NCBI GenBank assembly: GCA_040954595.2
Contig: CM082589.2
Span: 4,044,213 to 4,108,212, forward strand
DNA: 64,000 bases
From: Balanoglossus misakiensis
Lineage: Eukaryota; Animalia; Hemichordata
Direction of reading: 5' to 3'
The notes beneath the pieces were generated by a model. The model did no database searches, was not told the origin of the DNA, and saw only the letters and a list, made by a program, of their open reading frames with translations. How positions within the stretch are numbered: position 1 is the stretch's first letter; the number at the start of each line of letters is the position of its first letter. The translations under genes and the position numbers were made by a program. Positions 13,501-28,500 of this stretch are shown one piece after another.

Positions 13501-16500
13501 GATCTTACAGCCTTCAAATTTGGTCCAAGGACATGGTAATAGAATTCATAGTTGCATGTAAGTATTTTTTAATGTGATCAAAGTTGATCCAGCAGAGGTA
13601 CATTAAACATCTCTAAATTTAAGAGATATTGTAGTATTTCCTGTGCAAAATCTTGAGATTCGGTTTGATGAATTCAATTTAGTTTATAGCGGAAACAGGC
13701 TTGGTCTTATCTCCACAGGTTTCAGCCTGAATTCAATCTTAATGAAACAAGTAGCTAATGTGTCCTTTACTTTTGAATAGGTTTGTTATAGAGATTCATT
13801 GCACATTCTAATCATGGTCAATGCGCTCAATCATTAAAAACAACACTTTATGGTTTTCTGGCAGATGGCTTTGATGAAAGAATAGTCATGTAGAGGGTAA
13901 GGACTGCAGCACTAAGTGGTCATTGTGTGTGATGCCTTTGATGGTCTGCTTAATTATGGTGACTTGTGTCTTTCTACTTGTTTGGGTCGTAGTCAACAAT
14001 TGAATGGATTATACAAGGATGATTGTAATGGAATTAGACTAATTTTTTTAGATGAGAGCTGAAAGCAGTTCAAAATGAAGCAGTTATGCCGATTCTCAGA
14101 TATAGACCGACTGTAATATGAATCACCGCCGGTTACTAGCGGTTCTGTGGACCTTGAATTAAACACACAGATGTTTCCATGGATACAGGGAATTTTCATT
14201 CTCACCAAAACATCTCATATGAACACCAGTGATGACAATAACACCGTGTGTTATGGCTATCAGTTTTCAAGGGCACTTTTCAGTCAAAGCAATGACCATG
14301 ATATTAGTTGCACATAAAGTCTTAATGATCCTTAACCCCTGATATGTAGCTGCTATTTTTAGTCAGCATTCCATAACGATAACAAGGCTGCAACTGACGC
14401 AGAATCAAGTCTCAGGTTTATGTTGTCAGTGAGCATAACAATTAAGAGACTAAAATACTCAGTAATTAAAATAACGTCAAAAGTGAGCAAACTAAATTAC
14501 CCCTTTACTGTGTTGTAAAGTCCTGCCTACTTGGACAGGGACCTCAGTTCATACATAACACATCAGAGTACTGGGCTACTTAAAATTTACTGCAGAAAAT
14601 AACAGTGAAGTTTAATTTCCGTAGTAGAAATCATTGCTGTGGGTCAGATCGCTAGACTAAATAGCCCAAAGTTAAATACCCAGGTTTATCACTGGAAATT
14701 AAAAGTGTCATGGATTTTGGAAATTTCTGGTCATGTAGACATGCGAGTAATAAAAACAATCTGTCATATTCAATCATTTCAAATGAATTTTTGATATTTG
14801 TATTTGATTAAAAAAGACTGACAACCACGTTAGTTCCACAGATTGAAATTCTACCCAAATCTGGCCTCCAGAAAAGTTTCAAACAACCTTTCCTAGGAAA
14901 AGATGGTCACTAATTGGTGATGCCCATGGGGGTTAGAGTTGCATTTTCTCATTAGTTGTTGATGGAAAGACGCTTAAAACCAGCAAATGTACCTTAAAGT
15001 CATGCCGACTATCGGGATGATCAAATGCTTTTAAGGTTTCGGTTTCTTTGTCTGAGCTGTCACTGCTTGGTGAAATGTCTGTATTTTTTATATCTAAGTT
15101 ATTGGCAAGTCAAGATTTGTAAGGATTACCGTATCTTAGAGTAAACTAATACGACAATCTCAGTCGGAATAATGAGCACTGTTTTGTCATTTCTGTATTT
15201 CAAGGGAATATTTCACAGACAGACAGGTTGTGTGTACCATTTTGTGCATGCATATAAATGGATTGATTTGTTTCAAAGATGTGTTTGTCATAAAAGATAG
15301 CATTGTATTTATATTCATGTCGTATCTTTGAGTAGAGGTTAAAGGTTAAGTGGCTTGAGACCGTGAAGAATTCTCTGTAGAGGGCCTCATTCAGGATTAA
15401 CTATTATGTATCTTGGATAATACTCAAGGTTTTCAACAAGTTTGTGCAGGATCGATGTTTGTCTGTGAATTTTAAAATCATGACTGTATCAAAAATGGTT
15501 TAAGTCAGCTGTGAACTTTTAGCTTTCATTTACACATGTATGTGTATAAATTAGAAGCTGTTTTATAACTAAAAATATATGTACATACATACATACATAC
15601 ATAGTACATACATACATACATACATACATACATACATACATACATACATACATACATACATACATACATACATACATACATACATACATACATACATACA
15701 TACATACATTGTATTTTGATGTTGCATATTTTCTAAGGATGCAATATATCAAAGCTGACGCACATGTCATTGACACTATATTTAATTAATTGTTGGCCAT
15801 CTTTCAGTTCTTCTTGGCAGTACGTGTAACTGTAATTAAATTTGTAATTAAACCATGATAGAAATAGTCAACTTAAGCTAATTCAATTGCAAATCTAATT
15901 AAGTGAATTACCGAGAAGTTAATAGAAATTCCCATAGAGTATATTCGACTGATGCTACACCTTCATAGAGAATGTTCCAGTTCAGTTTAACAGGTACATC
16001 AAACATACTGTTTTACTATGGCAGGGGAAATATATAAAGAAAGTGATAATGTACATGAAAAGATGGTGTTATTTTAGTTTCTATAATGCAAATACTATTT
16101 TAGTTTCCAGAATTGATAGTGGCCAAAAAACAAACTAATTCTTTGACATCAGTGTGTTAGTTCAGACAAATAGGGCATGGTAAAATTTCTTTTTAATCAT
16201 CTTGAATTGTTTTTCCACTTAAACGTTAATTTAATTAGCTAGCAGTCAATTTCAGAAACTATATTTTTACTTTGTAAGATTCAATTTGATTAGCTAGCAG
16301 TCTAATTAAGAAAGTATTTTTAATTTGTAAGATTAATTATTAAATACTATTAAATGTGCAAAATTTACTTACAGTAAAAGGGAATAGCCTGTACAAATTG
16401 CAATCAACAGTGAGACGACGTGTACCAAGGTGATAAAACGAGGTAGTTGGTCTTTTAAATTTTTCTCAATTCCTTGGTGCAATCACCATTCTATGGTGTA

Positions 16501-19500
16501 AAAATTTGCACAAACAGGGGAATAAAATTGATTGCAAAAACGTGACTGCAAATTATTAAACTGAGTGATTTTAGATTACAGCTGGATCGTAACTCATTAA
16601 AATATCAATACAGTTTTTAATCAGTCACGAAACTGGTGCTTTGGGAGTTAAGAAGATAATTGCTTATAGAAATGCACATGTAGCTTATTCTTTTGCATGA
16701 AAGTATGTTTAATGGTATTTGATTAATAGAACACGAAACTCAATTTCCCTATTGAGTGTAACATAGCATGCCCTTTGTAAAAAACACGAAGCTTATCAAA
16801 ATGTAATTAACGGAGGTATTGATTAAGAACACATTAAAGAGATCAGTTTAGTTTTACATCAATCATTGTGTCGGTAACTAGCAGCTCATTATTTTACACA
16901 TTTGAATTAATAAGTTCATTGTCATATATAATATGTTTAATGATTTGCTTTGTTGTCTATACGGTAGCACAGAAATATTTGTACAGTTTGTAGTTGTGAC
17001 TGTATAATAGGAAATTGTAATTTTTGGGTCAATTTCGATACAGCACCGGTAGTTGTCATTTGTGAATGAAACTGTGAGTCCCCCAACTATAATCTATAAA
17101 GAAACTATTCAGCCTATACCGGTAGATGGCGCCATGTCAGTAGCTTTGAAAAATTAAAAAAAAATCTTATGGTAAACTAGAGCTAATACTTGACATTTAA
17201 CACAGTATCTATCTGTCATACTGCAAGTCAGTTTGTAAAGCACTCCCACTGCTTTTGATATGGCACACTGATATCGCTTCTGAGACTTTCCTGTTTGAAA
17301 AGAGTTAATTAAAAATCATGGGAGTGTTTTGACGGAACAGGGATGGGGAAACATAAAGATAACTGGATTTTGAAGATATGACTTTTGAAAAGGATTCGTG
17401 ATCTATGAATGTATCAGACACTTCAGTAAGTTTCAAAACATATGTTATCTATGTGTGATATTTGTAGACGTCCTTGTTACAAAGACAAAGTCCTAAACTT
17501 CCTTTGGTGGAAACTCAAGGAAAACTGTTGACATTCTGATGACTAGCTGACGCAAGAGTCACAAGGCCACATTCATAATTTAATTCCCCATTCAACGTAA
17601 TCATTTTTTATAAAAAACAACATCCCTATCATATCTACTCGGGTCATGCATTCATCCTTAACTTCAGTTGATGTAAACAGACATCCAGAACTTTCTGCCT
17701 TGCCGCACACTGTAGATATTTCGTTTTAAGTCTAGCCGAAATTAAGCTTGTGTTGCATTCCAGTATAGAGTGGGCGAATTTCATTCTTACTGTAGATGAG
17801 CATGGTGCTTTTTTTTATAAAGCCAGTGGGTTTATAAAAGACGACTTTTAAGTTTTAATGATAAAATGGCAGGAATTTCCTGCAATATCAAATTTAATTG
17901 ATACTGACTCATTGGGTCACGCTGACCCATGCAAACCACATGCCTCTCTTGGGGTTGCTTTATACAACAATCTATGTCCCTCAAATTGATCTCTTCATCC
18001 CTTTATTGTGTGGTATATCCCACCAAACCCAAAAGAACGAATGATGCAGTTACATTATGGTGTTATTCCTAGGGGTGTTGATGTTGGAAATGATGGATTT
18101 TTGGCAAAATTGACAAATCATTGTTTTGCTAAATGATCAAATCAAAGACAGGTCAGGGGCAATATTCTCAATGTGCTAGTATTGAGAGGCATATATCTCT
18201 GTTTTTTAAAGATATACTTATCATAGACTTAAGGGGTTTGTGACCTCATGAGGTCTTTTATTATTGAAGATTACTCTGGACGGAGTATTTTTATGGCAAA
18301 CCTAAGAGGTCTTGTAATGAGAGAATATTTGCATCTCTTTCTTCAGTGAGGCTGAAGAGCAGTTACATCCGTATTAACGAAAGAAAGAAAAACACATCCT
18401 GATTTTAGATAAGGGATAAAAAAAGACACAATTCCAATGTATCCATCGGAAAGGAATGCACTTACAAGCCAAAGTCTCTACCTCTTTGTGTTTGCTCCGT
18501 TACGACGAGTCTTGAATATGTTGTTGCAGGGCACGAGCAATGGAAGTACCGGCAATCACCTCAGTCCGCCGGATCACCACATCCAGGAGTTGAATGAGTT
18601 GAGTGTCCGTTCCTACACGGAGCTTCTGCCCGACCGGAATGAGGGAACAAGCGATGGACAAAGCAAACGGGTGAGTCCACAGTCTTTGTGTTGTTACCTT
18701 CACTTTACTGTATATGTCCTCTACGGCTCGTGTTTACTTGTCAAAAGTCAAGTTCTGAAAATTGTCACTCTCACTGAAAAAAAACTTGAAATATCCGTTG
18801 TTTTCAAAGGATCCAATTGTTTTGATCCAAAAATATTAGCCAGAGAAGATAAAATTTGAGGAATCAGAATTTTTGTGTGGATCTATCGTGAGAAAAATAC
18901 ATTTTTTGTTGAATCCGTATGTCAAGGCTTCTGAGTGAGAGTGAAATGATTTATGAACTAGAAGGATTTCCTCCACAGAGATTATAAGAATGTATCACAT
19001 ATGTTAGCCAAACTATGTGAGGAATTTTTTGTCAAGAGTATGTTTGTGTCAGGTAAGTTTGAATGTACACAGTGTTATAAATATGCGAATTCAGCAAAAA
19101 AAAAACGAATTTAAAGGTTATGGAAAAATTCTGAGAAGGCTTATCTGTCAGCAGATGTTCAACAGATTAATTACTCTAGAAATTAGGTGAAAACAAGAAT
19201 TTCAAATGTTGTACTGCTAAAAAAAGGCAAATAAATATTTTCACAAAGTATGGGAATTGTTTTGATGTTATGTGTTTTTTATTTTGCTGTTTCCATATAA
19301 ATAATCTTTGGAAAAAAACACCTGTATAATTTGAAATGAGGGATTAAATTATAAATTCAATGAAGGAATTAATGCTATATACCCCAAAGCTGTTTCAGTT
19401 TAGTGCATGTATGTACAGGAATTGTGAGTTTTAATTGTTGAGATTTCTAAACAAAATCTGAGAAAGAAACTGCCAGCTCAGACGATGGGTGTAGTCGGCG

Positions 19501-22500
19501 TTTCAGAGAATGACTTTGTCCATGTACACCTACAGGGCAGATTAGTAATTCAACTGAAGCTCTGTGCTAACACTAATCCAGCTTCCAGGCAATTTTTTTC
19601 CCAATCAACAATCTTGTCCCCAATGTACTGTAAACTTCACTTATTTGAAAAAAAAACACGAAAAAGACATGCTTGTTTCATCCATATGCTTTCTGTGTGA
19701 CTACATATTACATCAGATTCTGCAGTAATTTAAATGCAGTCCTTGTCAGATGGTACAAAGCGATTTGCATGCAGACTTGTGTTTTCCAATGGGAATTGAA
19801 CAGACGATCCTCGCGGCAATTTTAGATTAATTTTTACACGCCTGTTCCCAACTTGTTGCATTTTTTATCACACAGATTTAATAGCCAACAGCAATGCACC
19901 AAGGGAGTCCAGGTGTGATTTTCAGGGGGGTAAAATATCTGTTATGTAGATCTAAAGAATGCCTCCCTAAAGAAATGCTTTGCACTGTGCCTCATTATAA
20001 TGCGATACATGCAGTGGCTACAGTAATGCAGGCTATATATCTCAGTGCATTTGACAGGCGTGTAGTTTTGTCAAATACAGGAACTCGATCTGACGTTGCC
20101 TGTGGACACACACTCGCATTTTTATTCTATTCAAGAAGCAAACTGTCTCAGTATCAGCTCATGTTTTTTTTGCCAACATGTTTAGAATCTCACTTCCTTT
20201 CACCCCTCTAGGATTTTCTATGATTTGTATAACAGGAAATTTTCACAAACGATAAATTCTATGATTTTTGCCTTCTATAATCCCCTTACATGTTCTTTCA
20301 CACGTGAGTGATTTCAGGAAGTTCTTTAAAAGCCCCAATACAGGCTGTAATTTTTACAGCTTCAGAACCTATCACAAAATTTCCTGCACTGGATGAAGTC
20401 AACCTAACTTTTGGCATTGATCAACTTAGCCATCACAATTTAGCAGATATCTGTTTGTGAGTAAGGCCCACTGACTGCTAGCATGGAAATTCCAATATTC
20501 ATAAATACGTTCGCACCAAATTGGATGAAAATAGCTAAGTGATAAACGGGTCAGATAATGCCCATGTGACTTAAATTGCGATAAATCAATGCTGTACACA
20601 CAGGGAGAGATTAGGCGGCAAACAATCCAATTCGCCAGCATATTCCAGTCAGCGTTGAGAACAAAATCCCACTTTGCCAGCTGCTGACTATAACTGAGAA
20701 TTTCTAATGGGATTTGCGTGTTTTTATACAAAGACCCAGCGAGCTACATTGATCTGCAGAAGTCAACAAAACAACAGACACTTTGGTTTTTGGGACTGTC
20801 TTTGTGGCATTGCATGCAAATACTATACAATACCCACTGATGGCCACATAAAAACAGAATACATGCTGTCGTCGAAAAAGCAATTTGATTTTATTCACTC
20901 TGTAAAACAAGAAAGTGCTTTGTAAAATTGAGATACATGCGTGCTAATGGTCTTCTGATAAAAATGAAGTATAGCAACAGAGACTTTTTATTGTCAATTT
21001 GATAATGTTGGGTTGTGAAGAATATTTTTGCCGGCCTGATATTTGATCTGATATCTGTATGGAGCCATTGATTCTTGATGGCAACAAGGCCGCGTGTCAT
21101 TGTATGAGTGACAGTCTAACTCTGATACTGTTTGTAAATTTGACTCCTTTCCCGGAAAAGTCCTGAGAATTCAAGATGGAAGTGATATGAAACCAAGGAG
21201 TCTTGCATTTTGAGGGGGTGACGATCATTAAATTGGTAATTCTCAGGTTCTACTTCTCTCGTCGACCCTTCATCCCTATTTCCATTTAAATGAGGTCCGC
21301 TGGATTTATAGAATAGAATAGACTACTATTTGCAGGTAGGTGTAGAAGTGTTTCATATATAACGTAGCATTCTACATCTAAGCTTGGGGCAAATGATAAC
21401 ATTGCGAACAAGTCATGAAAATTTTCAGGGAACCCAACATGACAGTTTAAAATTGATGAAAAGAGTAATTTTTCAAGCAATTTGAGCGCAATCAGAAAGT
21501 AATCAGTGTCACTGCTGGTAGACACCCTGAATACCTCATGAGAAAGTTATAAGTAAATGTTGCTATGATGTTGCTATGGAAACCAAGATCAGCCTGAGCT
21601 TCTGATTGCTTTTCTCAGAATATTGGCAAGATTCTTTTTCTACATTTGTATGCATCATGGAGTTGCGTCGATTGCCACTATGCATATCAACACACAGATG
21701 GATGCACAATTTTGTCCAATTGTTTCATGAATGGAGATGTAATGATTGATTTATTCCCATCACATCAACTCAGTATTGTTTGGCTGGTAAGATGATGTTG
21801 TAAAACTGAGGATATCTCAAATTTATCTAACTTTGTAGTATACAAATAAAAGTAATTACAGATAGTCGACGTGCATGCGAATATTATGTCTACAAGGTGA
21901 AATTTAAGTCTATTCAACAAGAAAACACAAGAGTTAAGTTATAGAGTCACATGCATGTACCAATTGTGACAAATAGATGTTAGAATTGTTATATGATATA
22001 ATGATATATTCAAGAAATGATATATTCGAGAATAGTTAGTTTCAACTAAAGCATGCATCTTCAATGTAACTTTAGAAAGCATGAAAACAGCCCAGTCTGG
22101 ATGTGTTTTGGTGTTCAGTGGTGAAATGACAAACTGAAGGTTCACATATGGAGGATGTGAAAGAGCAGACACCATTAGTTAAGTGACATTTTTATCCAGG
22201 TCCTGACAACCTTATATTGAATCTATTCAGGAAACATTTCCCACTCTTATTATCCGCAAAGCCCAGTTAACAGAAACAGGGAATGGAATTCTTTCCTTTT
22301 GTTCTTCCCTGGAAGTTGTTATCCAAACTCGCCGGCTCCCAGTTTATCCATGCAGGAAACAGACATGTGAGTTAGTCCACTAATTGAAAAAAAAATCCTG
22401 GATGGCAGCAGTGTTGGGTAATGGAACGGCGCTGGCATGATGGCGATTACACTATTGACGTCATTGGATGAATGGAGACTTTGACAGCACAGCCATACTG

Positions 22501-25500
22501 CATGTTAATTAGAGACAGTCGACAACAGGCACATTGCCATCAGTTGCAGACAGTTTGGTTTTTAGTTTATTCAGTGAAGTAGGGTATAGGCTCCATGGTC
22601 TGCTTCAGAAAACAGATGCTAAATGCTTCCGTAGTTCTTGGTGTATAGTCGATCTTCATTGTTAAGACGCAGTTGTCTGAGTGAACATTGACAATATTTC
22701 ACTGCCTGAGCAAAATTTGATCCCTGGATGATATAAAGTTCATTGGCAAGTCAAGTGTACAAACCCAAAAATCTCTGAAACCCTTCAGATGGAACATGTT
22801 GTTCCAAAGAGCTCCCTGAATGCGTGCCTAGACACAAGCAGAGAGCATGCTTGATGATAATTTACTCTTTCCATTAGTCAGGACTTCATCTCTCGTGTTT
22901 ATCTCCAAGAAATGTCCATAATGGAAGAGGTATTTCTTCACGTCCTTGTGTAGCACTTTGGTCATTTCTAAGTTGAACACTCCGTCTTCTGTCGGCTGGC
23001 CACTACAACCCTGAGGAGTCGAGGCTTGATTTATCCTTGTGCTAAAGTGATTACGTAGAACTTGCCTGCTAAAAGTTTGTTCTCACCATTTTGCTACACT
23101 ATCAATTTTTGTACATGGTCAGCATTTGAATATGATTTACACTGTGTACCGCTAGATCAATAAATAACTATTGATGATTTACATTACAATTTCTTCCATA
23201 CAAACTGAAATAATTGAAAATGTGTTTTCTTCTATGATGTAAGACAGTTTGCAACTAAAACTGCAGTTTAGATCATGTTTTTGCCAGCAGTAAGACAGTT
23301 TGAGAATTACCATACATGAATCATATACCTCTCCAGCACTTGGTGATTTTAATAATGGATTTTTAATGAAAACCCAATGGATGCCTGTAGTTGATATTCC
23401 ACAGAGAAAATACTCAACAATGTCATGAAATGGAGCAGTTAATGAGAAGCACTGATAGCCATTAGTGCAATCTGCTCAACATTTTTCACAAGTGTAAGTG
23501 GGACCCCCAGGAATACATGCATACATTTTGCCAACCAGTTACTTGGTATGCATAATGAAGATATATATCCATTGGTGCCTGCAGTACACTGATGTAACAA
23601 AATGAACAAATGGCAGGTTATAAATTTAGATCATACCATTTACTGGTTATAAATCCAGGGCTATACTTTCTAACATGCTGATTTGTCAGAAATATGCGGT
23701 TGGATATGATCTAAAATAACATTTCAATTTTGTGAACTGTGATTACATACACCAGATGTCACAGGCATATTTAGAGTTTGTAAATTCGTAATTTAGGTTT
23801 ACAGGATAATTTGCCAATACTGTTGCTACATAAAAGTAACACCTTAATTTTGTTTGATTTTTCAAACTTGATATAAGACTATTTTGTGTTAAATTTCAGT
23901 CATTGACAAGTTTTGATGAATTACAGTTCACAAACCTTGAATTTCGCAAAAGACACTTTGTTCAGCCTGACAACACAACACTATATACGATTCCAATCAA
24001 AGCCATTAATAAAACAGAGAATCGCTAATGGCAACCTCAGAGGTCAAGGGGGTGCGACCCCAGGCATTTCCGACATATTGCCTGGTAATGGATAGGGATG
24101 AAAGCTACCTTGTGGAAATTCCTTCAGCTATATGCCGTGTTTGTTTACTTGGCGGCTGATGTACAGTTGCAGGCCTCCCCTGCGTGACGTACATACGAGG
24201 ATTGAATGAGAACTAAACTTGTCATTCATCAGCATCAAATTACTTGTGCTCGCGTCGGGCGTGACAGTTAATACTGCATTTCTATTATCTTTCGTCAAAA
24301 CTCGCCGCAACTGTAAATTACATACTACCTATATGCAGTTGGAGTAGGATTGCAGGGAATCCCAGAAAAAGAAGTAGGGAGGGGAGACTAATGTCTAAAA
24401 CACTAATGGTTACTTATTTTGTGTGCATTTTATGGACATTTGTACCCTTCTGGCCACAATAAAGTGCCATCATTTCAGCCATCGAGAGCGACAACAATGC
24501 AGGCAGGCAAACTTTTGTAATACACAATTAATATTGACGGTAAAATGGACAGTTGAAAAGGTGAAAGTATTGTAGCGATATTGGGAGACAACAAAGCAGG
24601 GATTATCTTGTGGACTAATATTTTCACTGTCAACCAATTTTGTGCACAGCCTGTTAACATTCGCTAAGCTCCAAGCTCTATTATATGGTACAGTATATTG
24701 CTGAGTTGGCTAATACTTCTCTGCCTCTGTGACAGAACTGCCCTTCAGCAGTAAATGGACATGATTGAACTAACATGAAGAACACATGTTTCATTTTTTC
24801 ACTCACAAACATGTCCTGTCCACAAGGAATAACATATTTCGCATAAAGCAGTTGGTACATCTATAAAGACCGATATTTGTCTCAATAGGTTTGACCTAAT
24901 AGGTCACTGCTGGTATCCTAAGAATATCTGTGTCTTGTCACATTAAAATACTGCAAGTCTGTTCACATCGAGGTCATCTTGTCAGACAGCATTGCATGGC
25001 CACAATTAAGAGCATATGCACATATCTTGTATTTGTTTAGTCACGGTTACTTGCACACTCATGCCTATACGAATGCCTATAACGTTAACCAGAATTTAAA
25101 TGTACCATCTAAACAAAAACAAGTGTGTAAAATAACGAATACCATATTATAACATGGACAGAATGGCTGCCAAGAATAGGCACCAACTTGATATAATATA
25201 CCTTCATGATTTATAACTGCGCAGGGCAGAGTTGACGCAGGGTCTCTTATGAATGAAGTATAAATTCAACTTTGAGCTGCTTTGACATTTTACTGCTGGG
25301 TTGCTTGGTAATACCAAACAATTTGAGTTATTGGCTGTCACTTTTACTTGGGCATTCAGTTAGATGCTAACAAATGATGCTTCTTGTTCTGCAAGCATTG
25401 CACTTTGTAAATATTGATATGATCGAAAGGGGAAGCTCTATGATTTTATTTCTTTTTCTGATTCGTTATATTTTCATATGTTTATTTTATCAAAAACAGT

Positions 25501-28500
25501 GGTTCAGATCTACTCTTTTCAAGTAAAAATACGTTTTTCTTTTTCACGTCGGCTATATAACCCTTTGTCGGTTCTTTTGTGCCTATCAAAAAAATCTAAG
25601 TTCCAAACATATGTGTAGACATAACAATGATAACATAATTATGTAGTCTTCACATTCATCTGTTTGCTTGTTGTCATGGAAACCAGTATCTGAACACTGT
25701 ACATTTCTGCCATTCCAACTGAATGTGTTTATTGAGAGTTTAATGCTTTCTGCGGAATGTGGTATTCCTGCATGGAATACTTCCAATGCCCGTGTGTCCG
25801 GCACTGTCAGACACTGGAGTGCTGAGGAAGTGCCCACTTGTCTGTGAAAGGAGAAAAACAGCCTCCTCTGTAAGCTTGGTTGGTAATTTGTGTGATGTCA
25901 TCAGAGTACAGCTGATGCATGTAATCTTTTTTGGTAGATGAATGGATCACTGGATATCCATCTGAGGTAACAGCTGACTCCATTTTTTTGAGAGTCTGTA
26001 ACCTTCAGAGACTGAGTTGTATAAGACCTGAACTGTGACAAATGTTCGCATAAAACTGAAATAAGTCAGGATCACAATACCTGTATTTTGAGATTTCATG
26101 ACAATTGTTCAATATTTTAACAAACATAAATGTTGTACATGTAGACCTCTGCCTCTGTTAAATAATTTGACAGGATTATGGCACACAGAGATTTGAAAGA
26201 TTAACACTCCTGAAAGAAGTTCCACTTACATCACATTATAATATAAAATGATATTATAAGTATGATGTGTATTATATGCTATGAATGTGATTTTATGGCT
26301 GTTTCTTTAATATTAGGATGAAATAAAAATTAATGTTATTGACACATAAAGTGAAATATGTCCCATCGATGTCATGAAAAATATATATTGTAATATTTAA
26401 TTTAGTGACACCACAACCCTCCCTCTGATGTTCTTCTGTTAATGTTTCGTCCGTGGCAACGATTTATTTACTTTTTACCATGACAGTTCAGCACAATGCA
26501 ATGTCCATGTAGCTCGGTCATCGATCTGCTAATCAGTCTGCAGACATGGGTGACACCACACACATCATGTTCTGACCCTGGGAGAAACTACAGGGTATAC
26601 ATGACGCATTCCTGCCGACAGTTAAAGCTTTCCTCGCGGATTTATTTATCCCACTAACTGGCAACCACCCAAATCAAATATGCCGTCTTATTTTCACAGA
26701 GATTCTAATTTTAGTTGAAAGAATGTTCTAAACTTAGGCTGGATAGACACCAGCAGTAAAAATAAGTACTCATTTTTTTTAACTGACTGAAACAGCATCC
26801 ATTATACATCTAGATTCCTTTTAGTTCTTATAAGTTCTGAGTTTAAAACCTTGACAACAAAAAGTGTATTGAATTATGCATCTTTTAAATGTTTTAACAC
26901 AAATTTCATTAGCATGCAAGGCTATACTATATAATTTTGGTTTGAAAGTTAAGTTTGACAAGTCTGTTGTACCATAATTCTTTTTCAAGAATGTCCACTA
27001 TATGATGTTAACAGCACATAGTATAATGCTTTTGGTAGACTGAAAATCCAAATTAGTTGTGTAGCATATGTGCTGCCACTTGGGTGAGAATTGTTGTATT
27101 TCTGACAGAGATGCATTACATTGACATAATTGTAGATGTTTGACATAACTGTGGTACAGTGCATTTTATTTAGAACATGTTTTTGTTATAAGAGGATCAT
27201 GCTGGCTGCCAGGATGATATATCGCTTAAATTCCATCCCTGCTGACTGTTTTCCCACAGTAAATAAATTTGCACGATATATCATGGACGGCAGAGGGCAT
27301 GCTTTCACAGTTACAACTTTACTTTGTTACAAACTCAGAGACACACTTGCCCTCTTGTTAAATATAACTACTGCAGAGTATTTGCGAAAGTGTGGAAACA
27401 AAGTATTTTATTTTCTTCTAAAAGAAGAAAGCCTTGTACTTTCTTGGCTGTAAACATGCATCTATACATAGTCTACAAAGAAAAATGCATGTAGAAGTAT
27501 ACTGTGCTAAACAAAGTATTTTATTTTCTTCTAAAAGAAGAAAGCCTTGTACCTTCTTGGCAGTAAACATGCATCTATACATAGTCTACAAAGGAAAATA
27601 CATGTAGAGGTATAGTGTGCTAAAAGTGTTGGATTTTCTCCAGCATTTCTAAAGTGTTGTGTTTTCTCCTATTCTTCATCTGCCTAGTCTAGTGATCGCA
27701 GTATTGAAGGGAGGCAAACACAGGACCTAAAGGCATAATGCTATTAAAGGTTGTCAAACATGATCTTTTATGTAAATATTGATATGAAACTTTACCAGCA
27801 GCCATTATCCTACTGAGTCAGATTTTCTATTAGTGTCTCATGTTACTAGAATTTGAAACCTGTTGCTTGCCGGACAGATCATAGAGGATGTTATAAGAGG
27901 ATCATGCTGGCTGCCAGGATGATATATCGCTTAAATTCCATCCCTGCTGACTGTTTTCCCACAGTAAATAAATTTGCACGATATATCATGGACGGCAGAG
28001 GGCATGCTTTCACAGTTACAACTTTACTTTGTTACAAACTCAGAGACACACTTGCCCTCTTGTTAAATATAACTACTGCAGAGTATTTGCGAAAGTGTGG
28101 AAACAAAGTATTTTATTTTCTTCTAAAAGAAGAAAGCCTTGTACTTTCTTGGCTGTAAACATGCATCTATACATAGTCTACAAAGAAAAATGCATGTAGA
28201 AGTATACTGTGCTAAACAAAGTATTTTATTTTCTTCTAAAAGAAGAAAGCCTTGTACCTTCTTGGCTGTAAACATGCATCTATACATAGTCTACAAAGAA
28301 AAATACATGTAAAGGTATAGTGTGCTAAACAAAGTATTTTATTTTCTTCTAAAAGAAGAAAGCCTTGTACCTTCTTGGCAGTAAACATGCATCTATACAT
28401 AGTCTACAAAGGAAAATACATGTAGAGGTATAGTGTGCTAAAAGTGTTGGATTTTCTCCAGCATTTCTAAAGTGTTGTGTTTTCTCCTATTCTTCATCTG

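Noticed and set aside
15519-15776. ORF with MYVC repeats
   Set aside because: It is a translation of the (TACA)n microsatellite.
27136-28158. Two near-identical ~100-aa ORFs resembling a duplicated gene
   Set aside because: They arise from the intronic tandem duplication; there is no recognisable domain and no synonymous divergence to indicate selection.
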